Assembly (NCBI GenBank): GCA_958295855.1
Contig: OY282383.1
Coordinates: 252,481-316,480 of the forward strand
From: an uncultured Poribacteria bacterium
Lineage (GTDB): Bacteria; Poribacteria; WGA-4E; WGA-3G
Direction: 5' to 3'
Length of the DNA stretch: 64,000 nt
Below, piece by piece: positions 50,136-60,639 of this stretch (within the stretch, counting starts at the first letter, position 1; every line of letters begins with the position of its first letter). Below the pieces are notes generated by a model. It did no database searches. It was not told the DNA's origin and saw only the letters and a list, made by a program, of their open reading frames with translations. Position numbers and translations under genes: made by a program.

Positions 50136-50254
50136 CGCAAAATTTCATCTATCCTTCGACTCAGTTGGGAGATGGTATTTGCCCCGCAAAGCGGGGTGTA
50201 CACCCTCATGACTATTTGTTGGCTAAAGATGCTTGCCCCGCTTTGCGGGGGTAA

Positions 50255-51496
50255 TCACTTTTTGCCTTTTTTTTGAACGCGAAGAAACGCAGGAATATCC
50301 CAATCTGTCTCGGTCTGACGCGTGGGCTGGTCATTAGGAGGCGAAGGGGGCCGTTCTTTCTTTTTTGTTACAGGCGATGGTGGGCTGGGCTCAGTACGCC
50401 GGCTATCAGTGCCTCCACCCGAAAAGTCAGCAGGCGTTCTTCTACGCGATCGCCTATTTGGCGAGGCCCGGCCTGGCTGTGTGTAAGATGGCCGAGGCTC
50501 GGCATATTCCTCTGCCTCATCGTATTCCGAGTCAGAATCGAAACCAGTTGCAATAACAGTCACCAGGACTTCATCTCCCAATTCTAGTTCATCTTTGTAG
50601 ACAAGCCCAAAGATAATCTGTGCATCCATCGAGTTCTCTTGAATAACTCGCATTGCTTCATCCAATTCGTGCATCATGAAATCGGGCGGGGACGTGATGT
50701 TCACAATCATGCCCACAGCGCCTGCGATGTCGGTTTGTTCAAGGAGGGGCGATTGGATGGCGGATTCAGCGGCGACTTGTGCGCGGTTATCGCCTGTTGC
50801 ACGGCCCATGCCCATCAACGCACTCCCGGCTCCACGCATAATTGCTTGAACATCCGCGAAGTCAACGTTAATTTCGCCGGAATCTGTGACGATGTCGGAG
50901 ATGCTCTGAACGCCATGCAGTAGAATCTGGTCACCGACACGGAAGGCTTCCCGGATTGGGAGTTTCCTATCCATTGAATCAATCAACCGTTGGTTGGGCA
51001 CAACAATGACTGAATCGGCTGCTTCGCGGAGCTCTTGCACCCCATTCTCAGCATGTTCCGCGCGCCGCCTGCCCTCAAAATTAAAGGGACGCGTTACCAC
51101 GCCGATGGTTAAAGCATTCCGTTCTCGAGCCAAAGCCGCGATGAGCGGTGCCGCGCCGGTGCCTGTACCGCCGCCCATCCCCGCTGTGATGAAAACCATG
51201 TTGGCATCAGTAACAATGGCCTCCAGCCGTTCCCTATCTTCCTCAGCTGCTTGTCTGCCCACCTCCGGGTTCGCGCCAGAACCTAAACCTTCAGTTGTGT
51301 TAATCCCAATCTGGATTTGCGTAGCGCCATGACACGTCATCAGTGCTTGCTGATCGGTGTTGACAGCGTAAAATTCAATGCCGGTTAACCCCGCTTCAAT
51401 CATCCGTTTGACAGCGTTTCCACCTGCCCCGCCGACACCGACGACCTTGATTTTTGCTTGCAAACTTTCAAATTCTTCTTGTTCAAATTTTATCAT
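50255..51496 (-). CDS. ftsZ: Cell division protein FtsZ
   Basis: GVGGAGGNA, GMGGGTGTG, NVDFADV, DIPAFLR. Confidence 0.98.
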   Translation of the reverse strand: MIKFEQEEFESLQAKIKVVGVGGAGGNAVKRMIEAGLTGIEFYAVNTDQQALMTCHGATQIQIGINTTEGLGSGANPEVGRQAAEEDRERLEAIVTDANMVFITAGMGGGTGTGAAPLIAALARERNALTIGVVTRPFNFEGRRRAEHAENGVQELREAADSVIVVPNQRLIDSMDRKLPIREAFRVGDQILLHGVQSISDIVTDSGEINVDFADVQAIMRGAGSALMGMGRATGDNRAQVAAESAIQSPLLEQTDIAGAVGMIVNITSPPDFMMHELDEAMRVIQENSMDAQIIFGLVYKDELELGDEVLVTVIATGFDSDSEYDEAEEYAEPRPSYTQPGRASPNRRSRRRTPADFSGGGTDSRRTEPSPPSPVTKKKERPPSPPNDQPTRQTETDWDIPAFLRVQKKGKK

Positions 51497-51779
51497 CTCG
51501 AATTTCAGCTACCATCTCAATACGACAGCAACCTAATTCCCTCCTATTTTAGGTTTTTCGACGTTCCTTGCGGAGAATTTAGGTAGCAAGTTAGGGCTGC
51601 CAACACAGGGTAAATCTCGGAATGCACCTCGCATTTGGGCGCAACGTGCATTCACGCGCAACTTGGTGCGAAACGAAGCCTGTAGCGCAATTGTGCTTTG
51701 CCCTATATTCTCTCAACGGAAGCGAGGAAGTCCTCTCTTGTTTAAACCGCATCGGGGTTACAAACCCTTCCCGCAGTAA

Positions 51780-51808
51780 ATTATAATGCATTTCCAAAGT
51801 TAAGTCAA
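51780..51808 (-). promoter_or_regulatory. Internal promoter upstream of ftsZ
   Basis: TTGACT-17 bp-TATAAT. Confidence 0.6.
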
Positions 51809-52020
51809 GTGTTCCTATTGTTTTTAGGGCATTTCGTTTTAAGAAATAGGTTTATGTTTGTGAAGGGCGCGTGTGGCTGGATGCTCGAACGGGTTCGGGA
51901 TGGCGCACACGAGCCCGAACCCGTTGGGGAACCCTCCTCACACAAATTGTTGAAAAACGAAATAGCCCTCTTGTTTTAAGCATGGATATTCGAGATTCGG
52001 AGATTGCTCCTACAAGGCAT

Positions 52021-53259
52021 CTAATATCCAAACCACTCTTTTATCCGCTGCAGCATCCTACCAAATGCGTTGTGACGTTGCTGTAAGGAGTGCTCTAATG
52101 CTTGACGCCGCTGTTTTTCGCCATAAAGTACAAGTCCAATACTCGTTGCATACATCGGATGATTCACACGATCTGTTAAGCCTCGCAGTCCTTTTGGATA
52201 GCCGACTTGAACGCGGAGCGGAATGATAGCTTCAGCGAGTTCTGGCAAGCCATCCATAAGTGACGTACCTCCCGTGAGTACCAGGCCCCCGGGGAGTGAT
52301 ATATCCCCCAGTTCATTCGCAATAGCTTCTAAGATTTCTGCCATCCGGTATTCAATATTTTGTGCGAGATCAATGCGCTCGATAAAACGGGGCCGGTTGG
52401 AGCCGACAGTCACCGGAATTGAATCGGCGGTATCATGATTCACCAATTCTGTCCAGGCACACCCTCGATGAAGTTTGAGTTCCTCTGCTTCAGGAAGCGT
52501 GACTTTTAAGTACTGGGCGATGTCGTTGGTAACATGTTTCCCCCCGACAGGGAGGACAGCTGTGTGTTGGATAGAATCTTCTTTGTAGACGATAATTTCG
52601 GTTGTGCCGCCTCCAATATCAACGAGGGCAATGCCGACTTCGCGTTCATCTCGCGACACGACTGCTTGCGCAGCGGCGAGCGGCCCAACAACAAGCGTTT
52701 CGATCTCAAGTCCCTCCGGGTCGCCCGCCCTTTTGATACTATTGCACAGATTCTCAATCGCGGTAGTCCCCCCTATAATGAGGTAGGCGTAGGCTTCAAG
52801 GCGCGCGCCAGACATTCCAACAGGCTCCTTAATCCGGTCCTGGGCATCAACGACGAAATTCTGTTCAATGACATGCAGGACTTGCCGATCTGCCGGGATA
52901 GAAATTGCCTCCGCCGCTACCATCGCCCGATGAACATCATTCTGGGTAATTTCGGGGCTATTCGTTACGGAAACAACGCCGTGTGACATCTGCCCAACAA
53001 TGTGTTCACCGGAAATGCCAGCACACACGGAGTCTATTTTAATACCTGCCATCAATTCCGCATCCGAAATCGCCTTGCGGATCGCCTCTGTGGTTTGCTT
53101 AAGATCCACCACAATCCCCCCTCGCAAGCCTTCGGAGGGGGCATGCCCAACGCCAATGATTTCAATTTTTTCAGATTCCCCTTTCAATGTATTTCCAACG
53201 ACTACAGAAATTTTGCTTGAACCTACATCCAGCCCGGCAATAATATTTTGTCTAGGCAT
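52021..53259 (-). CDS. ftsA: Cell division protein FtsA
   Basis: GLDVGSSKI, PVGMSGARLE, DIGGGTT, AEELK, VLTGGTS. Confidence 0.96.
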   Translation of the reverse strand: MPRQNIIAGLDVGSSKISVVVGNTLKGESEKIEIIGVGHAPSEGLRGGIVVDLKQTTEAIRKAISDAELMAGIKIDSVCAGISGEHIVGQMSHGVVSVTNSPEITQNDVHRAMVAAEAISIPADRQVLHVIEQNFVVDAQDRIKEPVGMSGARLEAYAYLIIGGTTAIENLCNSIKRAGDPEGLEIETLVVGPLAAAQAVVSRDEREVGIALVDIGGGTTEIIVYKEDSIQHTAVLPVGGKHVTNDIAQYLKVTLPEAEELKLHRGCAWTELVNHDTADSIPVTVGSNRPRFIERIDLAQNIEYRMAEILEAIANELGDISLPGGLVLTGGTSLMDGLPELAEAIIPLRVQVGYPKGLRGLTDRVNHPMYATSIGLVLYGEKQRRQALEHSLQQRHNAFGRMLQRIKEWFGY

Positions 53260-54258
53260 TTACTTTTTTTCACCTCCTAAATAGATTGTATTTTCAAACC
53301 TTGCATCTACATAAGTGTATGTTGCCTCGGAACTGTCACCAACAGGTGAGCGCATCCAAAGTTTTTGCTGTTTTAAGAATAGAGCAATATGATGAATCCC
53401 CAAGTCAATCATGTCTGCAGCAATCCATGCTGGAAACCGCATCGTGTTGAACTGAATTTTAATCTTCTGCGAATTTCGGGCATCAATACTTTCTATATTC
53501 CTTGCGAGTTCCGGCTCCTCAAACAAGGCGGTTTTTAAGACATCAATTCCTAATTGGACATCAGCCGTTTGGACAAGCGTACCAATTTTAGGCAATTTAT
53601 CGCCTTCTGCAACAAGTGTAACCACGGTATCGGGGAAGGTATCGTCACGCATTGAAAATCCGTGACTAACTTCTCCCCCTCCCACACCCGGGCGGGCCGG
53701 GACGCGAACCGCTTCAACGCTGATAGATTCTAGCACATGTCCTTCAATATCTATTAAAAAAAGCACATTATCGCGGCCTGTGGGCGTCCTGACTGATGGA
53801 TATTTTAGCCTAGCAAAGGGTTCACGCTCCGTAACTTCAATGGTAAGCATCCGCTTCATCAAATGTCTGGACACTCGAGCATCCTTAATATAGCTGAGAC
53901 TCTCCTGGAGATAAGCAGCAGTCTGTTCTTCCGAATTTGTGAGGATATTGTCTAATTTCGCACCTAACACATCATAAACTTGCACCTCAGTATAGTGTAG
54001 GTTTCCGAAAATCTCCAGCGAAATGTGCTCAACACTGAAAAAACGCAACACCGTCTTACCGAGAAATGACAAGGTAACCACGAGCGCGATGATGAAGATT
54101 AGCCGCCGCCAAAGGTACACCTTCGAGCTAGTACGCCTCCCAACCGGTTGGACATGCCTTGCGCTATAAGCATTTCTCCCCCGCTTTGCGGGGGTAATAC
54201 GCCACCTCCGCACATTTCCCCCGCGAGAGCCTCTTTGCGAGCCAGATATAATCTTCAT
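53260..54258 (-). CDS. ftsQ: Cell division protein FtsQ/DivIB
   Basis: Single TM, POTRA-like region (IEVTEREP), YVDARF; position between murC and ftsA. Confidence 0.8.
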   Translation of the reverse strand: MKIISGSQRGSRGGNVRRWRITPAKRGRNAYSARHVQPVGRRTSSKVYLWRRLIFIIALVVTLSFLGKTVLRFFSVEHISLEIFGNLHYTEVQVYDVLGAKLDNILTNSEEQTAAYLQESLSYIKDARVSRHLMKRMLTIEVTEREPFARLKYPSVRTPTGRDNVLFLIDIEGHVLESISVEAVRVPARPGVGGGEVSHGFSMRDDTFPDTVVTLVAEGDKLPKIGTLVQTADVQLGIDVLKTALFEEPELARNIESIDARNSQKIKIQFNTMRFPAWIAADMIDLGIHHIALFLKQQKLWMRSPVGDSSEATYTYVDARFENTIYLGGEKK

Positions 54259-54653
54259 CCAACATATTCCTTTTCCGCATGCCTTGCGGAGTACCACGCG
54301 CCCTCTGTAGTTTCAAGGCCCTTACAGCTCTCGTCAGAGGACTCTTAGGTAGGCCTTGCAGCACAACCCTCTTTAGCCCCAGCGGGGCGGTATGTGTATA
54401 GAAACACGGCCATCCCTAGATGATAAACCCCAGCGGAGCGAAGCGAAATGTGTAGAGAGACGAAAGACTCCGACGAGATTTACAGTGCAACGTCGGAACT
54501 ACCCTGCACTCTCAATTCTCCGCAAGGAATGACGAAAGACTCCGACGACATCTACAGTGCATTGTTAGAATTATCCTGCCAATGGTATTTTCCCCTGCTT
54601 TGCAGGGGTTTCATACCAAGTTGTGAATGGCCAATGAACAACTTTTTTATTTC

Positions 54654-56057
54654 TTACTTATGCTGATTACTCCGCAAGGAATGACGAAAAACACTACGTG
54701 CCTCTAAGCCTTCCAAGAATTCCCGGCCAACTTTACTGATGTCACCCGCCCCTAGCGTAATTACAATATCGCCTGGCTGCGTGAGCTGCAGGAGCACTTC
54801 GGGAACTTCATCCGTGTTTGGAACATAGATGACGTGTCTATGCCCGTGCACCCGTATTGCCTCCGCCAACTTTTCAGCGGTGACGTTTTCAATAGGGGAT
54901 TCTCCAGCACCATAGATTGACGTAACAATCAGCACATCAGCTTGATAAAAGGAGCGAGAGAACTCATCCGCCAAATCTCTTACGCGCTGGTGCCGATGTG
55001 GCTGAAAGACACCAACGATGCGGCGTTTGTAACCATCGCGTGCTCCACTTAGGGCCGCCTTCAACTTGGCTGGATTGTGGGCATAATCGTCTACAACGAT
55101 AATGTCATCCACTTCACCGAGCACTTCAAAACGGCGGTGCACGCCTTGAAACGACTCAAGGCTACTCCGGATATCATCGAACGGGATGCCTAGTTCAAGC
55201 CCCACGGCTATCGCTGCCAAAGAGTTCGAGATATTATGTCGCCCTGGCATTTTGAGATGGATTTCGCCATACGTCTTGCCATTTTTGCGAACCTGATAGC
55301 GGGATGTGGGCCCTTCCACAGCAATGCCTTCAGCAGTTAGATCCGCGTTCGTTTCAAGGCCGTATGTCAGATACCGTTTTTCAACGCGTGGAATGAACTT
55401 TTGAATATTTTCCCCATCTAAGCAGAGCACGGCAAGGCCGTAGAAAGGCACCTTATTGACAAACTTTAGGAAAGTCTCACTAATCTCGTCAACGCTGCTG
55501 TAATAATCAAGATGGTCGGCATCAACTGAAGTCACAACTGCAACGGTTGGGTAGAACATCTCTATCGAACCGTACGCCTCGTCCGCTTCGACTACCATGA
55601 CATCGCCTTTGCCACTTCGTGCATGGCTGCCGTTCACCAACTTACCGCCCACCACAACCGTCGGATCAAGGCTTCCGAGCACGGCCGCAGTCATCGCAGT
55701 CGTCGTCGTTTTCCCATGAGTTCCGCTGACTGCGACGCTGTAGCGCATCCGCGTAATCTCATTAAGCATCTCAGCACCCCGAACGATGGGGATTTTCTGT
55801 GTCTGTGCAGCAACGAGTTCCGGATTGTCGGGTGGAATAGCCGGCGACATAACGACAACATCCGCGCCGTTGACATGCGCGGCTGCATGACTGTAGTAGA
55901 GGGTTGCCCCACGCGCACGTAGGTGTTCCGTTGTTTCTGACTTTCGGATATCTGAACCTGTGACGTGGAAACCGAAGTCAAGCAGGATTTCAGTAATTCC
56001 ACTGAGGCCGGCACCGCCGATACCTATAACATGGATATGTTGTGTTTTTCCAAACAT
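54654..56057 (-). CDS. murC: UDP-N-acetylmuramate--L-alanine ligase
   Basis: HVIGIGGAGLSG, SGTHGKTTT, EADE, DDYAHNP, FQPHR; last ~12 aa repeat-derived. Confidence 0.95.
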   Translation of the reverse strand: MFGKTQHIHVIGIGGAGLSGITEILLDFGFHVTGSDIRKSETTEHLRARGATLYYSHAAAHVNGADVVVMSPAIPPDNPELVAAQTQKIPIVRGAEMLNEITRMRYSVAVSGTHGKTTTTAMTAAVLGSLDPTVVVGGKLVNGSHARSGKGDVMVVEADEAYGSIEMFYPTVAVVTSVDADHLDYYSSVDEISETFLKFVNKVPFYGLAVLCLDGENIQKFIPRVEKRYLTYGLETNADLTAEGIAVEGPTSRYQVRKNGKTYGEIHLKMPGRHNISNSLAAIAVGLELGIPFDDIRSSLESFQGVHRRFEVLGEVDDIIVVDDYAHNPAKLKAALSGARDGYKRRIVGVFQPHRHQRVRDLADEFSRSFYQADVLIVTSIYGAGESPIENVTAEKLAEAIRVHGHRHVIYVPNTDEVPEVLLQLTQPGDIVITLGAGDISKVGREFLEGLEARSVFRHSLRSNQHK

Positions 56058-56336
56058 TCTTTCTACATTCCTTATTCCTTGCGGAGCGCGTTTACTATGA
56101 AAAATCAGATGGTGGAAGCAAGATCGTTCATCGACTTCACGATAAATCTCGTCAAAGGAGAAGTTCAACACGCATTGAAAATGCGTGGCTAATCCTTGCT
56201 GCAACACGCATAAGACACGAACCTCTCTCTAATGCATCGCAAATCTGTAGCTGCAGTGCCTTGTGCCTGCCCACTCCACTTGCGTCAGAAACCTCCGACG
56301 AGATCTACAGTGCAGCGCCAGACCTATCTTGCATTC

Positions 56337-57527
56337 TCAATTCTCCGCAAGGAATGACGAATAAATAGATTGCGCGATGTCATCGCTTGCGCGTGGCTTC
56401 CCAAGTGCTCGGCTTTTGGATACCATCTGTTGATACATTTTCTCATTCATTGTTATTCGGACAAGATGTTCAACGAGTGCATCTGCTGTCAAAATGTGCT
56501 GTTCAAGCACAACTGCTGCCCCGGCACTCGCAATAGTTTGCGCGTTTAAGACTTGGTTATTTCCCGTTTGCGCGGGTAAGGGAATAAAAATAGCAGGGAT
56601 GCCACATGCGGTGACTTCAGAGACAGTCATTCCACCCGCTCTGCACACCATGACATCAGCAATGCTATAAACCTCCTCAACAGCATCAAAGAAAGGTTGG
56701 ACCCGAGATAGGAGCTTCTTTTCAGATGTGGCACTTACCTTATGCTGTGCTTGATACGCTGCCTGTACTGCTTCAGCGTCAGCTGCACCAGTTTGATGCA
56801 CCACCTGGAGCCGGTCTGCAAACGCAGTTAATTGAGGTAGGGCTGCCACCATTGCCTCATTGATTGCACGGGCCCCTTGACTTCCGCCCATGACAAACAC
56901 CGTTTTCCGATTCGGAGACAATCCGAATTTGCTATAAGTTGCTTCACGTCTGGGAGACGCGCTGATTGCAGGACGGATAGGGTTTCCTGTCACTTCAACA
57001 ATCCTTGTAGAAGCACCCTTGTAGGGGCAGTGCCTTGTGCCTGCCCACGCTTTCATAGGTTCCAGCGCGAGATAGACAGCTTTCGCCCAACGCGCCAAAA
57101 TACCATTGGTTAACCCAACAGAAGCATTCTGTTCCTGGATTGCTATCGGAATTTTGCGCAGTGCCCCGGCAAAAAGCACGGGCCCAGAAACATATCCGCC
57201 TGTTCCAATAACTATATCTGGCTTCAGCTGTTTCATATACCTTAACGATTGGCTGAGCCCCCGACAGACTTTCCAGATAACAGGGAACCACTGTAAAGTC
57301 AGACGGCGCGGAAAACCGGCGACAGAAATAGGCAGAAAACGGAAGCCATGTTGGGGCACGAGCGTTGATTCCAATCGTCCGTCACCACCAATGAAGACAA
57401 TATCAACGGTCTCATCTAAGCGTCTTAGTGCTTGTGCGATGCCGATAGCTGGATAGATATGCCCACCTGTTCCACCACCTGACATCACAATTGTGGGAGG
57501 GGTTTGTAACCCCGATAGTGTCCTCAT
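56337..57527 (-). CDS. murG: Undecaprenyl-PP-MurNAc-pentapeptide GlcNAc transferase
   Basis: GGGTGGHIYP, GTGGYVSGP, TGNPIR, GGSQGA, RAGGMT. Confidence 0.96.
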   Translation of the reverse strand: MRTLSGLQTPPTIVMSGGGTGGHIYPAIGIAQALRRLDETVDIVFIGGDGRLESTLVPQHGFRFLPISVAGFPRRLTLQWFPVIWKVCRGLSQSLRYMKQLKPDIVIGTGGYVSGPVLFAGALRKIPIAIQEQNASVGLTNGILARWAKAVYLALEPMKAWAGTRHCPYKGASTRIVEVTGNPIRPAISASPRREATYSKFGLSPNRKTVFVMGGSQGARAINEAMVAALPQLTAFADRLQVVHQTGAADAEAVQAAYQAQHKVSATSEKKLLSRVQPFFDAVEEVYSIADVMVCRAGGMTVSEVTACGIPAIFIPLPAQTGNNQVLNAQTIASAGAAVVLEQHILTADALVEHLVRITMNEKMYQQMVSKSRALGKPRASDDIAQSIYSSFLAEN

Positions 57528-57604
57528 CCCAAATCACTCCTAAAATGTTGCGTCAGAAACCTCCGACGAGATCTACAGTGCAACGTCAGAACTACCTTGC
57601 ATTC

Positions 57605-58918
57605 TCACTTCTCCGCAAGGAATGACGAAAACCTTGAGACATTGAGTAGAATACCAACACCTAACAAACTGAAGAGAATAGATGAACCGCCATAACTTAT
57701 AAAGGGTAACGTAATCCCTTTTGTCGGTAAGATGCCTGTGACAACCCCAATGTTAATGAATGCTTGTAAACCAATCAGCGTTGTAATGCCCGTAGCGAGC
57801 AGCGATCCAAACAGATCACTAGCATATCGGGCGATGTGCACGCCTCGCCACACAAACAACATGAAAAGCATTGTTACGCCTGCAGTCCCGAGGAACCCGA
57901 ACTCTTCTCCCAATACTGCAAAGATAAAATCTGTGTGCGGATAGGGGAGGCGCACAATTTTCATCACACTACTGTCAATGCCGGCACCGAACAAGCCCCC
58001 CCATTCAAGTGCACTGAGCGAGTGCGTTAACTGATAGTTCGTTGCATCGGGTGATTTCAACATCGCAAAATAATCACTGAACCGTTGCAGTCTATATGGA
58101 TCTCTAATTATCAATAAGCCCAGAAGGCCGCCACCTGCGCCGGCAAGTGCGACGGCATGCATGATGCGAATGCCTCCGATAAATAGCACGATACAGACAG
58201 TTAACGCCAATAGAAACGCGGAACCGAAGTCCGGCTGGCTCGCCACGAGGCCAAAAGCTGCCGCTAAAATTAGCACATTCGGTAGCACACCGTTTAAAAA
58301 ACTTTTCACTCGTTGTGGGTTTCGGCTCACAAAATTCGCGACATGGATGACTAACGCTATCTTAGCAAATTCAACAGGTTGAATATTCACTGGAGAATTG
58401 CCGATTCGGATCCAACGGTTAAATCTGCCGCCTTCCGCCCCTTGTACCCCAGTGCCAAGGAACGGCACAAAAACCAGTAATAACCCGACAAACCCGAGAA
58501 TCAAAAAGAAATTCGCATACAGTGTATAAATTCTGTAAGGCAAATAGGAGACCACCAACATTCCTATCAACCCGATGCTACAGGCGATAATGTGTATCCG
58601 CAAATAACGGTAACTATAACCGTCATACAATCTTGAGGACAGGAGATGGCTTGAGCTATACACCATCAAGATACCTATTGCAACGAGGCAGCATGTGAGC
58701 ATAAGTAGCCATCTATCCATTCGCCCAGTAGGGGCAGTGCCTTGTGCCTGCCCATCCCACCCCGATTTCCACCCTCGCCCGGACTTCTGGTTAAATGGTT
58801 TCCGCCCCAGACTCCGCTGCTGTACGGGCGATGCCGCAGTGCTCGCCCGTTGCCACTTGTTGTGTCGTAGGGGTAGAGCCTTGTGCCTACCCTGTCCACG
58901 GTTACGACTCCAGCGCAT
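57605..58918 (-). CDS. ftsW: Cell division SEDS protein FtsW (start uncertain; N-terminal extension contains REPs)
   Basis: RWI..QPVEFAK, QPDFG, LPYPHTDFIF, LPTKGITLPFISYGGSS. Confidence 0.94.
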   Translation of the reverse strand: MRWSRNRGQGRHKALPLRHNKWQRASTAASPVQQRSLGRKPFNQKSGRGWKSGWDGQAQGTAPTGRMDRWLLMLTCCLVAIGILMVYSSSHLLSSRLYDGYSYRYLRIHIIACSIGLIGMLVVSYLPYRIYTLYANFFLILGFVGLLLVFVPFLGTGVQGAEGGRFNRWIRIGNSPVNIQPVEFAKIALVIHVANFVSRNPQRVKSFLNGVLPNVLILAAAFGLVASQPDFGSAFLLALTVCIVLFIGGIRIMHAVALAGAGGGLLGLLIIRDPYRLQRFSDYFAMLKSPDATNYQLTHSLSALEWGGLFGAGIDSSVMKIVRLPYPHTDFIFAVLGEEFGFLGTAGVTMLFMLFVWRGVHIARYASDLFGSLLATGITTLIGLQAFINIGVVTGILPTKGITLPFISYGGSSILFSLLGVGILLNVSRFSSFLAEK

Positions 58919-60419
58919 TCACGGCCTCCTTAAATGCTGCCCCACGTGCCTTATAGTTGGGGTACATATCAAAACTCGCATTTGCAGGTGACAATAGGAC
59001 GATATCGCCCGGTGTCGCGTGTGTGTAAGCAACCTGCACTGCCTCCGCCATGGTTCTAGTGTTCATTATGTTTGTTAACTTTGCAAGTGTCTTCTGAATT
59101 TGCTGTGTGTGCGCCCCGAGCAGAACTGCCCCTTTGACATGCGCCTGAACCATCTGACTGAGTGGGGTATAGTCGTTTCCTTTATCGTAGCCGCCCATTA
59201 TGAGCAAAATTCGTCTTTGAAAAGTAGCAGGCACACCCCGTGGGTTTCCGTCGCCAACCAAGGATTCAAGCGCCGCCTTCACAGCTGCCACATTTGTCGC
59301 TTTTGAGTCATTGATAAATTCAACACCGTTCAGCATTCTAACCGGTTCAAAGGCGTGGGCTAAAGCAGGATGCGACCTGTCGAATCCTTGGAGTGCTGCT
59401 CGTATTTGCGCCGGTGCCACCTCAAAAATCTGGCCTACAGCAATTGCGGCGAGTACGTTCCGGACGTTGTGCGCTCCCCGAAGGGGAATGTCATCAACAT
59501 CACAAATCCACTGCGAAGTAGCAGGCACACTCCGTGTGCCGTCGCCCAAGTTAGCGAAGAGCCCCATGCCCCCTTCATAAGTTTGAAGATATGTTTGAGG
59601 GTACCACCCTTCTTTAAAAGTAGCAGGCACACTCCGTGTGCCGTCGCCATCAAAGTAGACTGCTTTTGCCGAGGTGAACTCAGCAAAACGGGCAACGCGC
59701 GCATCGGCACAGTTTAGTACTATCCAGTCTGCCGCAGTTTGATTTTGATATATCTTCTGTTTTGCTTTGCAATACGCTGACATTGTTCGATGCCTGTCTA
59801 AGTGGTCGCGCGATAGATTCAGCACAACACTCACCGCCGGCTGAAAGGTGACAGTGCTCTCCAATTGAAAACTGCTCGCTTCAACAACAACGATGTCCCG
59901 GGACGTAAGGTGCTGGACTTCTGCGGCTAACGGAACACCGATATTGCCAGCTACACAAACCCGGGAACCGGGCGGGCGGGAAGCTTTCAGGATAGCGGCA
60001 GTCAGAAGTGTTGTTGTTGATTTCCCTTTTGTTCCAGTAATCGCTACAATAGGCGCAGAACATACCCTCGCTGCCACCTCCAATTCTGCAAGAATCGGGA
60101 TGTTTCGCGCTTGAGCCTCGCACAAGATCGGAATATCCAGCGGAACGCCAGGGGACACAACAATGTAGTCAGCATGCGCAATACACTCCTCTCCATGCCC
60201 ACCTAGATGAAATTCGTAGGGGCAGTGCCTTGTGCCTGCCCTGCCGTACCCCGCCACACCTTTCAGTGCCGCGATTTCTGATGATAAAGCATCAGAGCCG
60301 CGCGAGTCTGTAACAGCCACAACTGCCCCGAGCGCATCTAACAATTTTGCAACAGCGAGTCCGCTTCGGTTTAACCCAAATACAGTGACCCGTTTCCCTG
60401 AAAATTCGTTTTTTAACAT
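58902..60419 (-). CDS. murD: UDP-MurNAc-L-Ala--D-glutamate ligase with five in-frame REP insertions
   Basis: VSPGVP, ITGTKGKSTT, EASSFQL, DHLDRH, NDSKATN, LLSPANASFD. Confidence 0.95.
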   Translation of the reverse strand: MLKNEFSGKRVTVFGLNRSGLAVAKLLDALGAVVAVTDSRGSDALSSEIAALKGVAGYGRAGTRHCPYEFHLGGHGEECIAHADYIVVSPGVPLDIPILCEAQARNIPILAELEVAARVCSAPIVAITGTKGKSTTTLLTAAILKASRPPGSRVCVAGNIGVPLAAEVQHLTSRDIVVVEASSFQLESTVTFQPAVSVVLNLSRDHLDRHRTMSAYCKAKQKIYQNQTAADWIVLNCADARVARFAEFTSAKAVYFDGDGTRSVPATFKEGWYPQTYLQTYEGGMGLFANLGDGTRSVPATSQWICDVDDIPLRGAHNVRNVLAAIAVGQIFEVAPAQIRAALQGFDRSHPALAHAFEPVRMLNGVEFINDSKATNVAAVKAALESLVGDGNPRGVPATFQRRILLIMGGYDKGNDYTPLSQMVQAHVKGAVLLGAHTQQIQKTLAKLTNIMNTRTMAEAVQVAYTHATPGDIVLLSPANASFDMYPNYKARGAAFKEAVNALES

Positions 60420-60639
60420 TCCTTGCGGAGTACTATGCTCCCTCCTGTAGTTTCAAAGCACTTACAAATCTCGTCGGAGGACTCTTAGGTAAAGCTTTTT
60501 ATCTGTTAGTTTCAAAGTGCTTACAAATCTCGTCAGAGGACTCTTAGGTAAACCTTGCATAAAAAACCTCCGACGAGAGCTATAGTGCATTGTTAGAGTT
60601 ATGAAGCAATCTGATTTCTCCGCAAGGGATGCTGGAAGA

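Noticed and set aside
54460..54690. Tandem family-A/B units as CRISPR or integron attC arrays
   Set aside because: Inter-box segments are homologous to each other, not unique; no RYYYAAC/GTTRRRY attC ends; no integrase or cas
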